Shown here: in pieces, positions 27,227 to 31,676 of the stretch
Layout: the number at the start of each line of letters is the position of its first letter
Position numbering within the stretch: the stretch's first letter is position 1
Virus record (IMG/VR): IMGVR_UViG_3300037307_000067
Location: 1 to 31,676 of that record
Direction: 5' to 3' (one strand)
Length of the DNA: 31,676 nucleotides
Source of the DNA: a virus
Taxonomy: Duplodnaviria > Caudoviricetes
Position numbers and translations under genes: made by a program
The notes under the pieces: model-generated
What the model saw: the letters and a program-made list of their open reading frames with translations, nothing else
Told to the model about the DNA's origin: nothing
The model's database searches: none

Positions 27227-30193
27227 ATGAAAAAGCTCTTTCTGATTGCAATCTTTGTCTTGGCCGCCGCAATGCCGGTTTATGCCGGTCCGAGCTTTTC
27301 CGGTAGCGGCGGCGGTTCTGCCTCGGTTACGGTGACAACCGACTGTTCCGGTGTTACCGCAAGCGGGGCGCTTTGCTGGGATTCAGACAACGACACCTTT
27401 TACATCGGCAACGGAGTTTCCGCCGTCGAGATCGGGCCGGGTTCATCCACCGGAGACATCACCGATGTTTGGGGCGTTGACACCGGAAACGTCAATGCTC
27501 TCACGGCGGCTTCCGGCGACAGCCTGAACGCTACAAATGCCGACTCCACTATCCCTTGGAAAGTGGCAACGGACTGCTCGGCGCACACCGCCGAGGGCCG
27601 GGCCTGTTGGGATTCGGATGATAACATCCTGTATGTCGGCGACGGCTCCACTCAAGTCACCATCATAAAAAGCGGTGCCATCGTAAACGCCGACATCGCG
27701 GCGGCGGCGGCCATCGCTTATTCAAAGCTTGCAGCACTAAACTCCGCGCAAGTCATCGTCGGCAACGGGTCCAACGTGGCGACGGCGGTTGACATGACCG
27801 GCGATGTGACCATTTCAAACGCCGGGGTCACGGCTATAGGGGCCGACAAAATCACCGAGGCGATGCTGAAGGCGGTTGATAGCGCGACCGACGAGGATAT
27901 CCTGACCTACGAAAGCACGACCGGCGATTTTGAGTGGCATACAATCGGGAACCGGCTGGACATTATCGGCTCTACCAGGGGTTCTGTCCTCTACCGGGGG
28001 GCCTCCGATTGGGCCGTTCTCACCCCCGGAACGGCTGCCTACCCGCTTCTTTCATCCGGGGCGGGTGCTGATCCGGCTTATGGGCAACTCACGGCAGCGG
28101 GCATTACAAACGACACCATCACGGCAACCCAGCTTAACGCGACTCTCACCTTTGCCGATGGCGACCTGATAGACCTTTCCGGCATCACTCAGTCAGCAGA
28201 CACCAACGAAGGACTTATTCTGCCGACCTGGGCGAACGTTACTACTACCGGCGTCACCAACGGCGCGATCTCATGGGACGAAACCAGCAAGGCACTCAAG
28301 GTCAAATCCGCTTCTGGGTGGCAGAGCATCGGTGCCACGGCAGCCCCGGTCGATCCGACTTATTTGACGCTCGGCACCAACGCGACGTTGACCAATGAGC
28401 GGGTCTTGACCGAGGGGACCGGCATTGACTTTGTAGACGGCGGGGCAGGCTCAACCCTCACGGTTAATTTCGATCCTGCGGAGATCACAGGCGACCGGAC
28501 CTGGAGCGGCGGCGGGTCGGCAACGGTAGCTTGGACATGGAATTTAAGCTCGGGTGATCCTACCATCACGTTTGGCAACGATTCTGTATCGTTGAGCAAC
28601 AGCCTGACGGTTGCGACCGGGAAAAACGTTACGGTCGGATCGACTCAATGGAATAGCGGAAATTCGATTGACGGCACCAAGGTAGCCGACGCCGACCTGG
28701 GAGACATCACCGTAACAACCGGAGCATGGGTGGTCGAAAACGACAGCCATAGTCACACCAGCACAACCCTTCCGGCCACGACCGCCTACACGGACTCTGC
28801 TTCGCAGACGTTTACAGGGGCCGCACAAGCGTTCGGCGATGCCGACACCGACACCCTGACGCTGCGCTCCCTGATTGTCGGCGGCAACTCGCGGGCCGTG
28901 TGGGTCGCTGGCTCCGCACCCACACCCACATATGCGACCGGCACGAATGAACTCTACGTTGCGGGCGACATTGAAGCGGGCGGGACGGTGTACGCGACCG
29001 GCTTCCAGGCGACCGGGACCGGCGAGTCTTACATCAACCTTAACTCCAACGCCTCCACACCGACCGGCGCGGGGACCAATAGCCTCTATGTGGTCAGCAA
29101 CGCATGGAAGGCCAAAGAGAACGGCACCGAAAAGGATCTTGTTTTCCCCGGCGACTCCGTGACCTGGACCGGCGCGACCCAGGACTTTTCCTCAGTTACC
29201 AATTTTGTTTTTCCAACAGCGACCCCCGATGCCAATGGTGAAGTCGGCATCAATAACACCAACGAAACATTCATGGTGTATATCAACAGCGGGCTTAAAA
29301 CATTTGATTTCAGCAGCGACTCGTCAGGGTATGTGTTGAAATCAAACGGCAGCGGGACGTTCACCCTCGCGGCAGACGAAACGGCGGGTGCTCCTGTTTT
29401 AAGCAGCGTCGGCAATCCGTCAGGGGACACCACTTGGACCTTCGACGCCGGGGAGGAATTAAGCCTGCAATTCACCGGGGCGTTTACGACCGGCTCACAG
29501 GTTTTGGTTCAGCAGCAGACCGGAAACCCGACAGGCGGGATTCTGTTCGAGGTGCGGGCCGCCGACAGCGACGTAACCGCTTTTAAGGCAGGGGACGGCA
29601 CGAACGGAATTTCGCTCACCCAGGCCGGGGCCCTGACCGCCATCGGCACCGGCTCCATTCAGGCCACGACCCTCTCCGGGGCGAACGGCGAAACCATCGC
29701 CAACGCGACGGACACGGAAATCAAGTTCAACGGCACGGAAAGCCTGATCGTCGATCTTGACACCGGGACCGCAAACCAGGTCGAAATCAAGACCGACTCC
29801 GGCGTGACGGACCTCTCTTTTGCGGCTTTGAATCTGGTTACGACCGGCACAATGGACGGCGGTATTCCTGTATTGAAGGTAACGGACGCGACTATCACGG
29901 TAAGCGGGATGACCAAATATTACGTCAACTCAGATGACGACGTGATAGCGTTCAATTTGCCAGCAGATCCGACAAACCGCGCTTATTGCTTTGGGAATAT
30001 GCTCTATGCGAGAGCCATAACGCTCAACCCTGACGACGCGGATTACGTTGTAGATGGCAACGATACGCTGGCGGCGGGGGAGGCGTTGATTTCAAGCGGT
30101 GCAAAACAGGACCAGTTGTGCGTTGTTGGTATTGATGCAAGTTACTGGAGAGTTACATCCAAGGTCGGAACATGGGCGCAAGAAACTCCATAA
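27227..30193 (+). CDS. Large tail-fibre/adhesin-like protein with signal peptide
   Basis: MKKLFLIAIFVLAAAMPVYA signal; Thr/Gly/Asp-rich; fibre motifs (MTGDVTISNAGVTAIG, LTNERVLTEGTGI); AAGGAG SD. Confidence 0.8.
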   Translation: MKKLFLIAIFVLAAAMPVYAGPSFSGSGGGSASVTVTTDCSGVTASGALCWDSDNDTFYIGNGVSAVEIGPGSSTGDITDVWGVDTGNVNALTAASGDSLNATNADSTIPWKVATDCSAHTAEGRACWDSDDNILYVGDGSTQVTIIKSGAIVNADIAAAAAIAYSKLAALNSAQVIVGNGSNVATAVDMTGDVTISNAGVTAIGADKITEAMLKAVDSATDEDILTYESTTGDFEWHTIGNRLDIIGSTRGSVLYRGASDWAVLTPGTAAYPLLSSGAGADPAYGQLTAAGITNDTITATQLNATLTFADGDLIDLSGITQSADTNEGLILPTWANVTTTGVTNGAISWDETSKALKVKSASGWQSIGATAAPVDPTYLTLGTNATLTNERVLTEGTGIDFVDGGAGSTLTVNFDPAEITGDRTWSGGGSATVAWTWNLSSGDPTITFGNDSVSLSNSLTVATGKNVTVGSTQWNSGNSIDGTKVADADLGDITVTTGAWVVENDSHSHTSTTLPATTAYTDSASQTFTGAAQAFGDADTDTLTLRSLIVGGNSRAVWVAGSAPTPTYATGTNELYVAGDIEAGGTVYATGFQATGTGESYINLNSNASTPTGAGTNSLYVVSNAWKAKENGTEKDLVFPGDSVTWTGATQDFSSVTNFVFPTATPDANGEVGINNTNETFMVYINSGLKTFDFSSDSSGYVLKSNGSGTFTLAADETAGAPVLSSVGNPSGDTTWTFDAGEELSLQFTGAFTTGSQVLVQQQTGNPTGGILFEVRAADSDVTAFKAGDGTNGISLTQAGALTAIGTGSIQATTLSGANGETIANATDTEIKFNGTESLIVDLDTGTANQVEIKTDSGVTDLSFAALNLVTTGTMDGGIPVLKVTDATITVSGMTKYYVNSDDDVIAFNLPADPTNRAYCFGNMLYARAITLNPDDADYVVDGNDTLAAGEALISSGAKQDQLCVVGIDASYWRVTSKVGTWAQETP

Positions 30194-30204
30194 GGAATAA
30201 AGCC

Positions 30205-31068
30205 ATGAATAGGATCTTTCTTCTTTTTCTATGCCTGCTATCGGCAAGCCCCCAAGCCGATGCCCGCATGACGGCGGTGATTGTTGGGGCGCAGACGCCT
30301 GTAGCGGCAAGCACCACCGACTACACCGCCGACGCCAACTGCCAGGGTGCCTGGTTTATGAACGGAGCGTATGGCGGTGACGGAAGCGAAGCTGAAGCAG
30401 ATCGAAGCGGGAAAGGTAACGATCTAACGGTTAGCACCTCTGATACGATAACAGATTCATCTTCGGTGCCGAGTGGGTACAGCGGGCGGTCACGGGACTT
30501 TACAAGAGCAAATTCTGAGCATTTATATATTGCCGATGGAACAGAACTTGATATATACGGTGCAGATGCAAAAGTTACGATTGTCACATGGATTTATCCA
30601 ACATCCGCACCAGCGTCGGATGCAATATACTATATTATTGGAAAGCACTATCCCGGCGGTAATCAGCGCCAATATCTGCTCACACAGTACGGTACGGGCA
30701 GCTCGCAATTCAAGTTCACTTTTTACCTATCTGACAGTAGTGCCAGCGGCTCGGCTGCTGACTCGGTATCAACCACCACAACCACTTACGCAATAAATAC
30801 TTGGTATCACGTTGTAGCCGTGTATGACGATACGGACATGCGAATTTATGTAAACGGTTATTTAGATTGCACTCCAGTATCAAAGACCGATGGAATTTAT
30901 AACAGCACCGCGTCGTTTGGTATTGGAGAGAATGTCGCAGCGCCGGGAGGAACAAGCTTCGGGGGATTGATGTCCGAGGCAGCTATCTTTGATCGTGCGT
31001 TATCTTCATCTGAGGCATTAGATATTTACACCAACGGCATATCTGGCGATAAAGGTGGGTCCGATTGA
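30205..31068 (+). CDS. LamG/concanavalin-like domain protein with signal peptide
   Basis: DRSGKGNDLT, TIVTWIYP, WYHVVAVYD...IYVNG, IFDRALSSSEALDIY; hydrophobic N-terminus. Confidence 0.88.
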   Translation: MNRIFLLFLCLLSASPQADARMTAVIVGAQTPVAASTTDYTADANCQGAWFMNGAYGGDGSEAEADRSGKGNDLTVSTSDTITDSSSVPSGYSGRSRDFTRANSEHLYIADGTELDIYGADAKVTIVTWIYPTSAPASDAIYYIIGKHYPGGNQRQYLLTQYGTGSSQFKFTFYLSDSSASGSAADSVSTTTTTYAINTWYHVVAVYDDTDMRIYVNGYLDCTPVSKTDGIYNSTASFGIGENVAAPGGTSFGGLMSEAAIFDRALSSSEALDIYTNGISGDKGGSD

Positions 31069-31676
31069 AAAAGTTCATAATCCTATTTTTACTCATCGCC
31101 TCTCAGTCGTTTGCGGCAACATACTACGTTCGCACGGACGGGCATGACACCAACTGCAACGGTACGGCTGACGCATCGTCTGCCTCGGCCCCTAATTGCG
31201 CTTGGCTAACGATTGGAAAGGCCGAGTCTTCTGTGTCGGGATCAAACACAATTATTGTTGGGAATGGTACTTATACCGAAAATGTAGGCGTCAATGTAAA
31301 CGGGACAAATTCCGATAATCTTTTTACGTTTCAAGCGCAAAATTCAGGTCAAGCTACCATTAATGGATATATTTATATTAGCGGAGATTATGTAAAATTT
31401 GATGGCTTCAATATTGTCAAGCAGGACAGTCAAGATAAAACGGTTTATTTGGTTGGAGATTATAATACTTTAACAAACTGCAACTTGAGTATAAAAGAAA
31501 GCTGGACTCCATCAACCAACACAAACTATGGGATTGACATAACAGGAAGTTACAACACGGTAAGCAACTGCTACATCACGGACGGATGCCAAGGCGTATC
31601 AATTAATGGTAACTATAATACGCTGACAAACACCGAAATAGACCACCTAAAAATGTACTCCCCATCTTGCGGGGAT
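31065..31676 (+). CDS. Parallel beta-helix (pectate-lyase-like) protein with signal peptide, truncated by window end
   Basis: TTG start; MKKFIILFLLIASQSFA-ATYYVRTDG...AWLTIGKA...IIVGNGTYTE, then GDYNTLTNC-type repeats; open to the end. Confidence 0.82.
   Translation, partial: MKKFIILFLLIASQSFAATYYVRTDGHDTNCNGTADASSASAPNCAWLTIGKAESSVSGSNTIIVGNGTYTENVGVNVNGTNSDNLFTFQAQNSGQATINGYIYISGDYVKFDGFNIVKQDSQDKTVYLVGDYNTLTNCNLSIKESWTPSTNTNYGIDITGSYNTVSNCYITDGCQGVSINGNYNTLTNTEIDHLKMYSPSCGD

Larger units (their letters stand above)
1..31676 (+). mobile_element. Podovirus-like phage/prophage genome segment (late operon plus end of early region)
   Basis: Co-oriented, tightly coupled genes in the order terminase S/L, portal, scaffold, capsid, tail tubular A/B, ejection proteins, fibres. 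No host housekeeping genes and no tape measure or sheath gene. Confidence 0.97.

Overview
The whole window is a segment of a tailed dsDNA phage or prophage (podovirus type, T7/BPP-1-like morphogenesis layout), almost entirely on the + strand. Order: end of an early/accessory region (RusA-like resolvase, small Cys-rich proteins, metallophosphoesterase, DUF3310-like protein, NrdR-like Zn ribbon); a promoter and structured leader; a membrane-anchored ClpP-like protein with a CxxCH motif; terminases, portal, scaffold, major capsid and decoration proteins; tail tubular A/B; ejection proteins including a 1548-aa polyvalent protein; a four-enzyme cassette (glycosyltransferase, SAM methyltransferase, radical SAM, UDP-sugar decarboxylase-like SDR); and four consecutive fibre/adhesin-like genes that all carry signal peptides. 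The best candidates for undescribed biology are (1) a virion-surface modification system, with several exposed structural proteins very rich in Asn/NN/N-x-S/T next to the glycosylation cassette, (2) a putative heme-c ClpP-like exported protease, and (3) an exported fibre-like module. No integrase, lysis genes, tRNA, CRISPR or reverse transcriptase were seen. All family calls come from motif recognition by eye and all counts are manual; no database search was run.
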